A stretch of DNA of 64,000 nucleotides from Alphaproteobacteria bacterium. Lineage in GTDB: Bacteria > Pseudomonadota > Alphaproteobacteria > Puniceispirillales > Puniceispirillaceae. The notes under the pieces are model-generated. The model had not been told where the DNA came from. It did not search any database and saw only the letters and a program-made list of their open reading frames with translations. The DNA is taken from the NCBI GenBank assembly GCA_016780775.1, contig JADHLI010000008.1:23681-87680 (forward strand), written 5' to 3'. Positions within the stretch are counted from its first letter, which is position 1, and each line of letters opens with the position of its first letter. Made by a program: the position numbers and the translations under genes. Positions 9,839 through 19,022 of this stretch are shown one piece after another.

Positions 9839-10357
9839 TTATGGGCAAGCTTTATCTAAAAAGGCTTTAGCTGCGGTAAAGCCAGCCAAAGAATAATCAT
9901 CAATGGTTTTATTATTGCGGCTAGAAACACCAACAACAACCAGCTTGCTGCCACGTTTCATAGAAGCAATAAGACGCTGGTCATCTTCTGGGCCTTGTGA
10001 CCATGCACGGTTATCGAGCGTAAATAATTTATGCGCCTTCTTATCGATCGAAAAATCAACTTCCGACTGCTTTTTATAGCGATAGCCTGCAAGTACAGAG
10101 ACCACATCACGTTCCCCTTTGCCTGGCCCATGCGAGACAAAAACGCGTGTTTCGCCGCGGTTACTGCGATCATAATCACCGCGCAAGCTCTTTGGTACGC
10201 TCGACATGAAACAAATCCGCCCCTGACTTGTTTCCTGTTTATACACCTGCCAGTCATTAAAACTTTTCAGCTCTTCTGTATTGGCATGTGCTGGATGTAT
10301 GACCAGAAGAACACCAAAAAAGAACGCTGTTAAGCCTGCAAATCGCTGATACCCCAT
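9839..10357 (-). CDS. invasion-associated locus B (IalB)-like periplasmic protein
   Basis: 172 aa with a signal peptide (LLVIHPAHA). The FNDWQVY...GRICFM pattern and the size are typical of IalB-family proteins. Recognised by eye only. Confidence 0.55.
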   Translation of the reverse strand: MGYQRFAGLTAFFFGVLLVIHPAHANTEELKSFNDWQVYKQETSQGRICFMSSVPKSLRGDYDRSNRGETRVFVSHGPGKGERDVVSVLAGYRYKKQSEVDFSIDKKAHKLFTLDNRAWSQGPEDDQRLIASMKRGSKLVVVGVSSRNNKTIDDYSLAGFTAAKAFLDKACP

Positions 10358-10583
10358 AATTGATTTTCTCCGCCTTTTTCGATGTCTTTACCGAATGATG
10401 GAATCGCCCATAGCCGAACGCGCACAGAATCGCAAAACTTTACGTATCGTTCAAGAGGTTTGATGAAAATATCCAAATTGAATGTGTCATTTTTTAGTCC
10501 TTATCCTAAAAATGGGGCTAAACGGGGTTTTCGACACGGAATTTTGGAAATTTTAAACGGCTAGGTGACCTGAAAAGCACAAA

Positions 10584-11246
10584 ATGGACATAAAAAACGA
10601 AAATTTTGATTTTGAGCTTGTCACAGATGACCCTGTCTCGTTAACTAGGGATATGGGAACCGGCTGTGATAACGACAATGCCAAAGGCATGTCGAGATGG
10701 GATATTATGCTCGTTCGCGTTGGACGCGATCGGGATCAAGCTGCTTTTGCAGCATTGTTTGACTATTTTGCTCCGCGCATAAAGAGCTTTTTGCTGCGCC
10801 TGGGAACAGATATGTCTCTTTGTGAGGAGATAGCCCAAGAGGCCATGATTATGGTGTGGCGTCGAGCGGAGACCTATAATCCTGCTCAGTCAGGGGCTAG
10901 CACTTGGATTTTTACCATTGCCCGCAACAAACGCATTGACAGGCTGCGTCGTGAAAACCGGCCTTTGCCTGATTTAAGCGATCCTGCCTTTGCCCCAGAA
11001 ACGGCAGAAACTGGTGAAAAAGCCATTTTCAGACAGCAAGAAGAAGAAAAAATTCGCCACGCTTTGAAAAATCTTCCAGATGAGCAAGCCAAAATGATCT
11101 TTTCTGCGTATTACGAAGAAAAGTCACATAGAGAGATAGCAGATGAAAGCGGTGTGCCGCTCGGAACTGTTAAATCTCGTATACGGTTAGCGCTAAATAG
11201 GCTTCGTGCCCATTTAGACGAGCCAGAAGGAATTTGGAAGCCATGA
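10584..11246 (+). CDS. rpoE: ECF-type RNA polymerase sigma factor (RpoE/SigE-like, ChrR-partnered)
   Basis: Region 2 (AQEAMIMVWRRAETYNP...STWIFTIARNKRIDRLRR) and region 4 (REIADESGVPLGTVKSRIRLAL) are present. The stop overlaps the start of a ChrR-like gene (ATGA at 11243-11246). The N-terminal ~35 aa may be an over-extension; an alternative ATG is at 10689. Confidence 0.85.
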   Translation: MDIKNENFDFELVTDDPVSLTRDMGTGCDNDNAKGMSRWDIMLVRVGRDRDQAAFAALFDYFAPRIKSFLLRLGTDMSLCEEIAQEAMIMVWRRAETYNPAQSGASTWIFTIARNKRIDRLRRENRPLPDLSDPAFAPETAETGEKAIFRQQEEEKIRHALKNLPDEQAKMIFSAYYEEKSHREIADESGVPLGTVKSRIRLALNRLRAHLDEPEGIWKP

Positions 11247-11905
11247 ACGAGCAGGCATCCTTCAATATGCAAGTACTGGACGCGCTGTTGCTGGATTATG
11301 CAACAGGGGCGCTGTCCCTTCCGCTAGAAGTGTTAGTTGAAACACATTTGGCGATGAACGAGGACAGTGCAAAAACCATGAATATGCTGATGAAGCTTGG
11401 CGGTGTCCTCTTAGAGGATAGCGATCCTGTATCGCTATCAGAAGGCGCACTTGAAAATGTATTAAAAGCGATTGAAGACGACGAAGAAAACCCAGCATTA
11501 GATACACGCCGTATCGATACAAGTGACGGTTTTCTGCCTCGCCCCATAGCAGATTATATACCTGATGCTGGCCATTCATCATGGAAACGCGTTGGTATTG
11601 GACTGTTTGAATGTGATGTGGTGTTTGAGGGTGATAAAGGGCGTGCAAAGTTTTACCGGATTGCACCTGGCACCGCTGTTCCATCCCACACCCATACAGG
11701 CACAGAAGTTACGCTTGTTCTAGAGGGCGGGTTCACTGATGAGACCGGCTCTTACGGTCCTAGTGATATTGCTGTCCAAGAAGAGGGATGCGAGCATAAA
11801 CCTGTGGCCGATAATGACGGCGAATGTCTAGTTTTTACAATAAATCAGGGTGATATTCGCCTGACCGGTCCAATCGGGCGGGTTTTAAATCTGCTTGTGA
11901 ATTAA
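11243..11905 (+). CDS. chrR: ChrR-family anti-sigma factor (N-terminal anti-sigma domain + C-terminal cupin)
   Basis: The ATG at 11243 overlaps the sigma-factor stop. The N-terminal part has an anti-sigma-domain-like layout, though I could not identify Zn ligands by eye. The C-terminal cupin carries HTHTGTEVTLVLEGGF...EHKP. Confidence 0.8.
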   Translation: MNEQASFNMQVLDALLLDYATGALSLPLEVLVETHLAMNEDSAKTMNMLMKLGGVLLEDSDPVSLSEGALENVLKAIEDDEENPALDTRRIDTSDGFLPRPIADYIPDAGHSSWKRVGIGLFECDVVFEGDKGRAKFYRIAPGTAVPSHTHTGTEVTLVLEGGFTDETGSYGPSDIAVQEEGCEHKPVADNDGECLVFTINQGDIRLTGPIGRVLNLLVN

Positions 11906-11933
11906 TTCATAGCTAAACACACCAAATTGCAAA

Positions 11934-11987
11934 CCAGCTAAACCCATAAGCCCAGCTAAACCCATAAGCCCAGCTAAACCCACAAGC
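11934..11987. repeat. 3 x 18-bp tandem repeat (CCAGCTAAACCCATAAGC)
   Basis: Two perfect copies and one copy with one mismatch, read directly. It lies between the convergent chrR and the DUF3429-like gene, and the last copy overlaps the 3' end of the latter. Confidence 0.95.
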
Positions 11988-12450
11988 TAAGCAAGCTTGC
12001 CATAGCCGCTAGGCTTAGATGCAGGCGTAATGCGCGCATCCATGCTGGCCAATAACCACGTGCCAGAAGCTTTAAATCGGCAATCAGAGCTGCTGCAAAC
12101 CCTGCTATTAGCAGGCTGGCGGCAAATCGCATTGGTAAAAACATCTCCTGCAAAATCAGCACGAACCACGCAATAAGCGAAAGGCTGACTGACCATAAAA
12201 GGGCCGTGCGCATGGATATGATTCGCTGGTTTGACGAGATTACAACTGCCCGCCCCCAATGCAGCCCGCCCAGAAAGCTTAAAATAATCGCGCCATAAGA
12301 CAGCAACGCAAATGCAGCATGCCTTTCCACAAGAAGTTCGGCTGGTAGTATCTCTGGCCATAAAATCACTAGCCCTAACCCCAAAAAGGGCAGGGCACCA
12401 GCATAGCCAAGCCATTTAGCAGCAGAAACTAACGAACGCTCTGAGAGCAT
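11974..12450 (-). CDS. DUF3429-like small membrane protein
   Basis: 158 aa with 4-5 TM helices and the N-terminal motif AKWLGYAGALPFLGLG. The family call is from memory. Confidence 0.5.
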   Translation of the reverse strand: MLSERSLVSAAKWLGYAGALPFLGLGLVILWPEILPAELLVERHAAFALLSYGAIILSFLGGLHWGRAVVISSNQRIISMRTALLWSVSLSLIAWFVLILQEMFLPMRFAASLLIAGFAAALIADLKLLARGYWPAWMRALRLHLSLAAMASLLSLWV

Positions 12451-12454
12451 CTTC

Positions 12455-13105
12455 TTACCTCACATAGCTTAAAAACGGGCGCATGACAGGCATCATCCCA
12501 TCAATAATTTTAGCCACACCTTCAGCATTTGGGTGCAGACCATCGCGTTGGTTAAATTTTGGAATGAGCGCCACACCTTCTAAAAAAAAGGGATAGAAGC
12601 CAGTATTATATTTCTTCGCCAGTTCGGGGTAGATAGGATTAAACTCAGCGCTATATTCAGGGCCTAAATTAATCGGCGCCAGCATGCCAGCTAACAAGGT
12701 CTGCACCCCCAACTCTTGTAATTTAGCTAAAATTTGGTCTAGATTACGGCGTGTATCAGCCGGATTTATCCCTCGCAATAAATCATTTCCGCCCAATATG
12801 ATGATAATATAATCTGGCTGTTCAGCAAGAGACCAGTCAAGACGCGCCAGACCGCCAGCACTAGTATCGCCTGAAACACCCGCATTCATTACCTCAATAG
12901 CCATGCCTTCATCTTCTAATCTAGATTGCAGCTGGCCGGTAAACCCCTGTTCAATTGGCAAGCCAAATCCCGCCACCAATGAATCGCCAAATACCATCAG
13001 GCGCTTTGTTTCAGCGTAAGCGGCCCCAGATGCGGCAAATAAACTTACAAGCAGACAAAGAAAAGAAAGGAGAAACGCTTTTTTTAGGTTAAATGCTTGG
13101 CACAT
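12455..13105 (-). CDS. tesA: SGNH/GDSL arylesterase-thioesterase (TesA-like)
   Basis: Signal peptide followed by the SGNH blocks FGDSLVAGFG, GVSGDT, ILGGNDLLRG and DGLHPN. It is divergent from a ybbA/ybbP-like ABC pair, as in E. coli. Confidence 0.8.
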   Translation of the reverse strand: MCQAFNLKKAFLLSFLCLLVSLFAASGAAYAETKRLMVFGDSLVAGFGLPIEQGFTGQLQSRLEDEGMAIEVMNAGVSGDTSAGGLARLDWSLAEQPDYIIIILGGNDLLRGINPADTRRNLDQILAKLQELGVQTLLAGMLAPINLGPEYSAEFNPIYPELAKKYNTGFYPFFLEGVALIPKFNQRDGLHPNAEGVAKIIDGMMPVMRPFLSYVR

Positions 13106-13219
13106 CAGAAAACATATCCCATATCAGGACTATCAGCGTAGCAGAATAGCTGCTGCGCCGCACTCCTAGTTCAAACGGGCAATGCGCCTATTTGTAATGC
13201 ATCATATAAGGTTGTCGGC

Positions 13220-13948
13220 ATGTCAGTTCAAGAAACTAACGCCCCTTCAGGCTCAGAAAATAATGTCATTTCGCTAAAGGACGCTAGCTTGTCCTTTGCT
13301 GGCAACACAGGCCAAGTCGATATCTTAAAGGATATTAATCTGGATATTCCAGCTGGCCAATCTGTAGCAATTTTAGGTCCAAGCGGGGCAGGAAAAACCA
13401 GCCTTCTAATGCTAATCTCCGGGCTGGAGACACTAAGCTCGGGCAAAGCAGTGCTAGCAGGACAAGATATTACCACCATGGACGAAGATAAGCTTGCACG
13501 ATTACGCCGCGATCATGTCGGCATTGTCTTTCAGGCCTTTCGGCTAATCCCGTCCATGACTGCTTTGCAGAATGTTGCGGTGCCGCTAGAGCTGGCTGGC
13601 GATACAGCAGCAAATGAAAAAGCCGCAGATGCGCTAAAAAGTCTTGGCCTTGGCCATCGCATGGGGCATCTGCCTGACCAGCTATCAGGGGGGGAGCAGC
13701 AGCGTGTTGCTATTGCAAGAGCGATAGTTACCCGCCCAGATATCCTGCTAGCTGATGAGCCAACCGGCAATCTGGATAGCGCCACAGGGGCGTCTGTTAT
13801 CAAAGAGCTATTTGCGGCGGCAGCTTCGGTAAAGGCTGCGCTAGTACTTATTACCCATGATGAAGGCCTCGCAACACGCTGCCAGCGCTTGCTGCGTATT
13901 GAAGATGGCAAGCTCACCACAGATGAGCAGATTAAGGCAGGTGCTTAA
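13220..13948 (+). CDS. ABC transporter ATP-binding protein (YbbA/LolD-like)
   Basis: Walker [10 protein letters not shown], signature [14 protein letters not shown] and Walker B ILLADEPT are present. Confidence 0.88.
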   Translation: MSVQETNAPSGSENNVISLKDASLSFAGNTGQVDILKDINLDIPAGQSVAILGPSGAGKTSLLMLISGLETLSSGKAVLAGQDITTMDEDKLARLRRDHVGIVFQAFRLIPSMTALQNVAVPLELAGDTAANEKAADALKSLGLGHRMGHLPDQLSGGEQQRVAIARAIVTRPDILLADEPTGNLDSATGASVIKELFAAAASVKAALVLITHDEGLATRCQRLLRIEDGKLTTDEQIKAGA

Positions 13949-16480
13949 ATGGGGCATAGCTGGTCACTTGCTTGGCATTTCGCACGCTGCGAAATCAGAG
14001 GCTCAGTATCGCGTTTCCGTGTATTTTTAGCAGCCCTAATGCTGGGGGTTGCGGCTATTGGTGCGGTTGGGTCAGTTGCCGAAGCTATGCGGGCAGGCAT
14101 TGATAATAATGCGCGCAGCCTTTTAGGCGGCGATTTTGAGCTTTCCAGCCTGCATATCCCGCCAGAAGAACGCTTGCTGGATTTCGCTAGCTCTGTTGGT
14201 GCGCGCTCTGACATTGTGCAAATGCGCGCGATGCTGGGACGAGCTGAGACACAGAGCCAACCAGCCGCTCGCAAGCTCGTAGAGCTAAAAGCTGTTGATA
14301 GTGCCTATCCACTAGTTGGTGAAGTGAGCTTGTCGCCAGAGATAGGGCTGGCAAATGCGCTAGCAGATAAGGGCGCAATCGCTGCCCCTGCCTTACTAGC
14401 TGCCCTTGACCTTAAAATTGGGGATAAGGCAATGCTGGGCGAGATAATTGTTACTATTCGTGCCCGTCTGACCGCTGAGCCTGACCAGTCAATAAGCTTT
14501 GTTGGTTTTGGCCCGCGCCTTATTATCAGCTCGGACACCCTAAAAGCCTCTGGCCTGCAACAAGAAGGGGCGTTCATTTCCTATAAAACGCGTTTGCGCT
14601 TGCAAGACGCAGCCCGTGCTCCAGCCATAGAAGCTAGTTTGGCTGAACAGGTAGAAGGCAGTTATGTGCGCCTGCGCACATTGAATTCTGCTGGTGCTGG
14701 ATTTGAGCGTTTTGTGGAACGCGCAGAATTATTTTTAATGCTGGTAGGCCTAACCGCCCTTTTGATCGGCGGGCTAGGGGTAAGCGGGGCTGTGCGCGCA
14801 TGGCTGCTTAGCCGAATGAATGTCATTGCCACATTAAAATGCTTAGGCGCTTCATCACAACTGATTTTCCGCGTTTATATTTTACAAGTTATGGTGATTG
14901 CTAGCCTTGGTGTTGGCGCCGGCATCCTAATCGCTGGATTAACGCCTTTTCTTACAGCCAATTTCTTTGCTGTTTATGTAAATGTGCCCATAATGACCGA
15001 TTTTTATGCCCGGCCCTTATTGTTGGCAGCTGGCTTTGGGCTATTAACCACCTTTGTCTTTGCTGTTTGGCCGCTCTCGCGCACCCGCCATATTCGCGCC
15101 GCCCATCTGTTCCGCTCGCTGATGGAAATGCCTAGCGGCAAGCCGTCAATAGCCGCCCTTATCGCGGTTACTATTGGGGTGACAGGCTTGCTTGCGCTAG
15201 CGGTATTAGCTACCGGCAATCTTGTTCTTTCCCTGAGCTTTATGGTTGCCGCGCTTATCTCTATCGGGCTGTTATATCTGCTTGCAGCTGCGGTGTTATT
15301 TTTACTGCGCCGCATGAAGCCGCCGCGATATGTACCCGCCCACCTTGCTTTGTCTGCAGTAACCCGTAAAGGCTCACCCTTGCAATCTATCATGATCGCC
15401 TTTGGATTGGGGTTGTCGGTATTAGTGGCCGTGATATCTAGCCAGCATAATTTGATGGCCCAGCTCAGCACCCGTGCAGCAGAAGATGCGCCAGACTGGT
15501 TTTTTATCGATATCCAGCCGCAACAGATAAATCCGTTCTTGGCACGGGTAGAAAATATCTCTAGCGATACCATTATTGAAAAGACACCAATGTTGCGAGG
15601 GCGCGTGATCGCCCTTAACGATATCCTAGCCAGCCAAACCGATAAGGATGTGGAAAGTGCTTGGGTTTTGCGGGGTGACCGCGCGCTAACATGGCAAGCA
15701 GAACCGCCCATAGGCGCAACCATTACCAGAGGTGAGTGGTGGCCTGCTGATTATAGTGGCGCTCCATTAATGTCGATTACCGAAGATATGGCTCGTGATT
15801 ATAATCTGGCTATTGGCGACAGTGTTACCTTGAATATTTTAGGACGTGAGATCACGGCCAAAATTGCCAATGCGCGCAAAGTGCAATGGGAGAGCTTTAG
15901 AATAAATTTTGTCTTTATCATGACACCAGGCGTACTAGATGGCGCGCCGCATAGCTGGCTGGCCACTACCCGTTCGCCAGATAAAGAGGCCGCCAGCCAA
16001 ATTGAAAAACAGGTAACTGCAGAATTTAACAATATCTCTGCTGTGTCGGTGAGTGACGCTGTGCAAACAGTGGAAAAAGTTTTAAATCTTTTAGGAACAG
16101 CCATTCAGATGACAGCGATCGTTACTTTGCTATCAGGGCTTGCGGTTCTAGCAGGCAGTGTTGCTAATTCCGAAGCGCAGCGCTTTACAGATTCAATGGT
16201 TTTGAAGATTTTGGGTGCAAGACGGGTAGATATCATCATTGCCTGGATTTTAGAATATAGCTTGCTAGCGGTTCTGACAGGTCTGGTAGCCATTATTATT
16301 GGCAGTGCAACCAGCTATGCGCTGATTAGCTTTTTCATTGGTGCGGAGTTCATGTTTAATCTGCCGCTAGTAGCACTGACTGCTTTTTCAGGCGCTGGCG
16401 CTACTATCTGTCTTGGCCTTGCGGGTGCGATGCGTACTCTAGGCAGCAAACCAGCGCCTTTCTTGCGCGAAACCATCTAA
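13949..16480 (+). CDS. FtsX-like ABC permease, duplicated (YbbP-like)
   Basis: 843 aa with two FtsX-type 4-TM modules. The start abuts the stop of the ATPase gene. Confidence 0.8.
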   Translation: MGHSWSLAWHFARCEIRGSVSRFRVFLAALMLGVAAIGAVGSVAEAMRAGIDNNARSLLGGDFELSSLHIPPEERLLDFASSVGARSDIVQMRAMLGRAETQSQPAARKLVELKAVDSAYPLVGEVSLSPEIGLANALADKGAIAAPALLAALDLKIGDKAMLGEIIVTIRARLTAEPDQSISFVGFGPRLIISSDTLKASGLQQEGAFISYKTRLRLQDAARAPAIEASLAEQVEGSYVRLRTLNSAGAGFERFVERAELFLMLVGLTALLIGGLGVSGAVRAWLLSRMNVIATLKCLGASSQLIFRVYILQVMVIASLGVGAGILIAGLTPFLTANFFAVYVNVPIMTDFYARPLLLAAGFGLLTTFVFAVWPLSRTRHIRAAHLFRSLMEMPSGKPSIAALIAVTIGVTGLLALAVLATGNLVLSLSFMVAALISIGLLYLLAAAVLFLLRRMKPPRYVPAHLALSAVTRKGSPLQSIMIAFGLGLSVLVAVISSQHNLMAQLSTRAAEDAPDWFFIDIQPQQINPFLARVENISSDTIIEKTPMLRGRVIALNDILASQTDKDVESAWVLRGDRALTWQAEPPIGATITRGEWWPADYSGAPLMSITEDMARDYNLAIGDSVTLNILGREITAKIANARKVQWESFRINFVFIMTPGVLDGAPHSWLATTRSPDKEAASQIEKQVTAEFNNISAVSVSDAVQTVEKVLNLLGTAIQMTAIVTLLSGLAVLAGSVANSEAQRFTDSMVLKILGARRVDIIIAWILEYSLLAVLTGLVAIIIGSATSYALISFFIGAEFMFNLPLVALTAFSGAGATICLGLAGAMRTLGSKPAPFLRETI

Positions 16481-16584
16481 GGTGGCAGCTAAAAAACAAT
16501 TTCCGTCTGAGCTAATTTTTCTGATATAGAACAGCGAACATAAAATAAAATATTTTGCCTTCCGGCGTTGCTAGGAGAGAACAG

Positions 16585-17811
16585 ATGACGACACAACAGG
16601 TAAATAAGGTTGTTTTAGCCTATTCAGGCGGTCTGGATACCTCTGTCATCTTGAAATGGTTGCAAGAAGAATATGCATGCGAGGTCGTAACCTTTACCGC
16701 GGATTTAGGTCAGGGAGAAGATATAGAGCCAGCACGCGAGAAAGCAAAGCTACTCGGCATCAAGGAAATCTATATCGAAGATTTGCGCGAAGAGTTTGTT
16801 AAAGACTATGTTTTCCCAATGTTCCGGGCGAACGCCCTTTATGAAGGTTTGTACCTATTGGGTACTTCTATTGCGCGCCCACTTATTGCCAAGCGGCAAA
16901 TAGAAATTGCAAAGGAAGTTGGCGCAGATGCGGTATCGCATGGGGCTACTGGAAAAGGCAATGACCAGGTGCGCTTTGAGCTAGGCTATTATGCCTTGCA
17001 ACCTGATATTAAAGTTATCGCGCCATGGCGGGAATGGGATCTGGCCTCCAGAACCAAGCTGATCGCCTATGCCGAAGCTAATCAGATCCCCGTACCCAAA
17101 GACAAGCGCGGGGAAGCCCCGTTCAGTGTAGATGCAAATTTGCTGCATATTTCGGCTGAGGGCAAAGTGCTGGAAGACCCAGCTTTGCCACCAGAAGAAT
17201 ATGTATTTTCGCGCACCGTTGCCCCAGAAGATGCCCCTAACACGCCAGAGCATGTCAAAATCCAGTTTGCTGGCGGCGATCCTGTTGCGATTAATGGCAA
17301 AGAGATGTCCCCTGCCACCCTCTTAACAGAGCTAAATCGGCTTGGCGGCAAACATGGTATTGGCCGTCTAGATTTAGTGGAAAACCGGTTTGTTGGCATG
17401 AAATCACGTGGGATTTATGAAACACCGGGCGGCACAGTTTTGCTGGCTGCAAGACGCGCTGTTGAATCTATTACCCTTGATAGAGGGGCTGCACATTTAA
17501 AAGATGAGCTGATGCCGCGCTATGCAGAGCTGGTTTATAATGGGTTCTGGTTTGCACCAGAGCGGGAAATGTTACAAGCCGCTATTGATAACTGCCAAGA
17601 TATGGTCAATGGCGAGGTTGAATTAAAGCTCTATAAAGGCAACATCATTATCGTCGGGCGCACTTCCCCTAATTCATTATACTCAGAGGATCTGGTTACC
17701 TTTGAAGAGGGGGCAGCTGATTATGATCATCATGATGCGCATGGATTTATCCGGTTAAATGCATTGCGCCTGCGGGTTAGTGAAATGGCACGCCGCCGCA
17801 TGAAACCTTAA
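16585..17811 (+). CDS. argG: argininosuccinate synthase
   Basis: [26 protein letters not shown] and [18 protein letters not shown] are present. I prefer ATG 16585, which follows AGGAGAGA. The ORF-track start at 16555 is a TTG. Confidence 0.95.
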   Translation: MTTQQVNKVVLAYSGGLDTSVILKWLQEEYACEVVTFTADLGQGEDIEPAREKAKLLGIKEIYIEDLREEFVKDYVFPMFRANALYEGLYLLGTSIARPLIAKRQIEIAKEVGADAVSHGATGKGNDQVRFELGYYALQPDIKVIAPWREWDLASRTKLIAYAEANQIPVPKDKRGEAPFSVDANLLHISAEGKVLEDPALPPEEYVFSRTVAPEDAPNTPEHVKIQFAGGDPVAINGKEMSPATLLTELNRLGGKHGIGRLDLVENRFVGMKSRGIYETPGGTVLLAARRAVESITLDRGAAHLKDELMPRYAELVYNGFWFAPEREMLQAAIDNCQDMVNGEVELKLYKGNIIIVGRTSPNSLYSEDLVTFEEGAADYDHHDAHGFIRLNALRLRVSEMARRRMKP

Positions 17812-17847
17812 ATTAAACGCTGGATAAAAACCTAACGGTAGTTTTTG

Positions 17848-18096
17848 CTAAATCTGGCTTATTTCCCTTTTTCTTTTAACGCATGTATTGCCCGCTTTGC
17901 CGTCAAAACCACGCTGTTTGAATAAGACAAATTTAGCGGGGGCCAAGGCATATCCAGATGAGCGCATACCCGTTGGGCAATCATCAACATAAGACAGCTG
18001 GTAGCTTGGGTTTCCATTTGAATGGCGGGCAAATTCCTGATAAGCGGGGCTACTTACCCCTACGAGAAGCCCTGCGATCAAAATAACAGGTAGCAT
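17848..18096 (-). CDS. hypothetical small secreted/membrane-anchored protein
   Basis: 82 aa if started at ATG 18096, which has AAGGAG 9 nt upstream. It has a hydrophobic N-terminus (MLPVILIAGLLVG) and two Cys. I recognise no family. Confidence 0.35.
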   Translation of the reverse strand: MLPVILIAGLLVGVSSPAYQEFARHSNGNPSYQLSYVDDCPTGMRSSGYALAPAKFVLFKQRGFDGKAGNTCVKRKREISQI

Positions 18097-18235
18097 CGTT
18101 TCCATCTCCTTTTTTACGAACTTCATAAATATTCATTGCGTTAATGATTTCAACAAAATCTGTACTCAAATTATGTAGCTTTAACGGCACAAAAGCGGCA
18201 AGAATGGGACCGTAGCTAATTTGGCTATACTGGTT

Positions 18236-18244
18236 TGCTATAAT
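18236..18244 (+). promoter_or_regulatory. extended -10 promoter element (TGcTATAAT) upstream of sodB
   Basis: TG (18236-18237) plus TATAAT (18239-18244), about 90 nt upstream of the sodB ATG. A near-palindrome, AATAAGAA-TAG-TTCTT..TTATT, follows at 18247-18269. Confidence 0.35.
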
Positions 18245-18333
18245 GCAATAAGAATAGTTCTTTTTTATTCAAATCGGTCTAAGCTTTCTGTATGAATAAA
18301 AGACTACCAACATAGCCCAAAAAGGATACCGCC

Positions 18334-18939
18334 ATGTCATTCGAACTCCCTGATTTGCCTTATGCATACGATGCGCTAGCCCAAAATGGCATGTGCAGCG
18401 AAACCCTAGAATTCCACCATGACCTGCATCACAAAGCCTATGTCGATAACGGCAATAAGCTTATCGCAGCCACAGAGTGGGAAACAAAATCCCTCGAAGA
18501 TATTATCACTGGTTCTTATGATGCAGGGGCTGTTGCCCAAAACGGTGTTTTTAATAATGCCTCTCAGCATTGGAATCATATCCAGTTCTGGGAAATGATG
18601 GGGCCTGATGGTCGCACCATGCCTAGCGAGCTAGAAAATGCCATTACTGCCTCTTTTGGCTCGGTTGACGAGTTTAAGGCCCAGTTTGTTGCCGCCGGTG
18701 TTGGCCAATTTGGCTCTGGCTGGTGTTGGCTGGTGCAGAACAGCACAGGCGAGCTTGCGATTACAAAGACTGAAAACGGCGTTAACCCGCTTTGCTTTGG
18801 TCAGACAGCCTTGCTGGGTTGCGATGTGTGGGAGCATTCCTACTATATCGATTTCAGAAATAAGCGCCCTGTATATATCCAGAACTTCCTAGATAAGCTG
18901 GTGAACTGGGAAAATGTTGCTTCCAGAATGGCAGGCTAA
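18334..18939 (+). CDS. sodB: superoxide dismutase [Fe]
   Basis: MSFELPDLPYAYDAL...HHDLHHKAYV...DVWEHSYYIDFRN. This is the classic Fe/Mn SOD pattern; AQ..W and GSGW suggest the Fe type. Confidence 0.93.
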   Translation: MSFELPDLPYAYDALAQNGMCSETLEFHHDLHHKAYVDNGNKLIAATEWETKSLEDIITGSYDAGAVAQNGVFNNASQHWNHIQFWEMMGPDGRTMPSELENAITASFGSVDEFKAQFVAAGVGQFGSGWCWLVQNSTGELAITKTENGVNPLCFGQTALLGCDVWEHSYYIDFRNKRPVYIQNFLDKLVNWENVASRMAG

Positions 18940-18965
18940 CACCGCGCCTATCGCTGAACTAAAAG

Positions 18966-18996
18966 AGATGAAGCGATAGATAAAATTGCTTCATCT
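18966..18996 (+). terminator. stem-loop downstream of sodB
   Basis: AGATGAAGC (18966-18974) / GCTTCATCT (18988-18996) form a perfect 9-bp stem with a 13-nt loop. The U-tract is weak. Confidence 0.4.
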
Positions 18997-19022
18997 TACT
19001 TAATAATGAACGGATAGCTGCT

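Noticed and set aside
10382-10564. 60-aa ORF upstream of the ECF sigma gene
   Set aside because: It has no RBS or motifs and lies in the presumed promoter/leader region. It is probably non-coding. I also could not confidently identify a cognate ECF promoter motif here.
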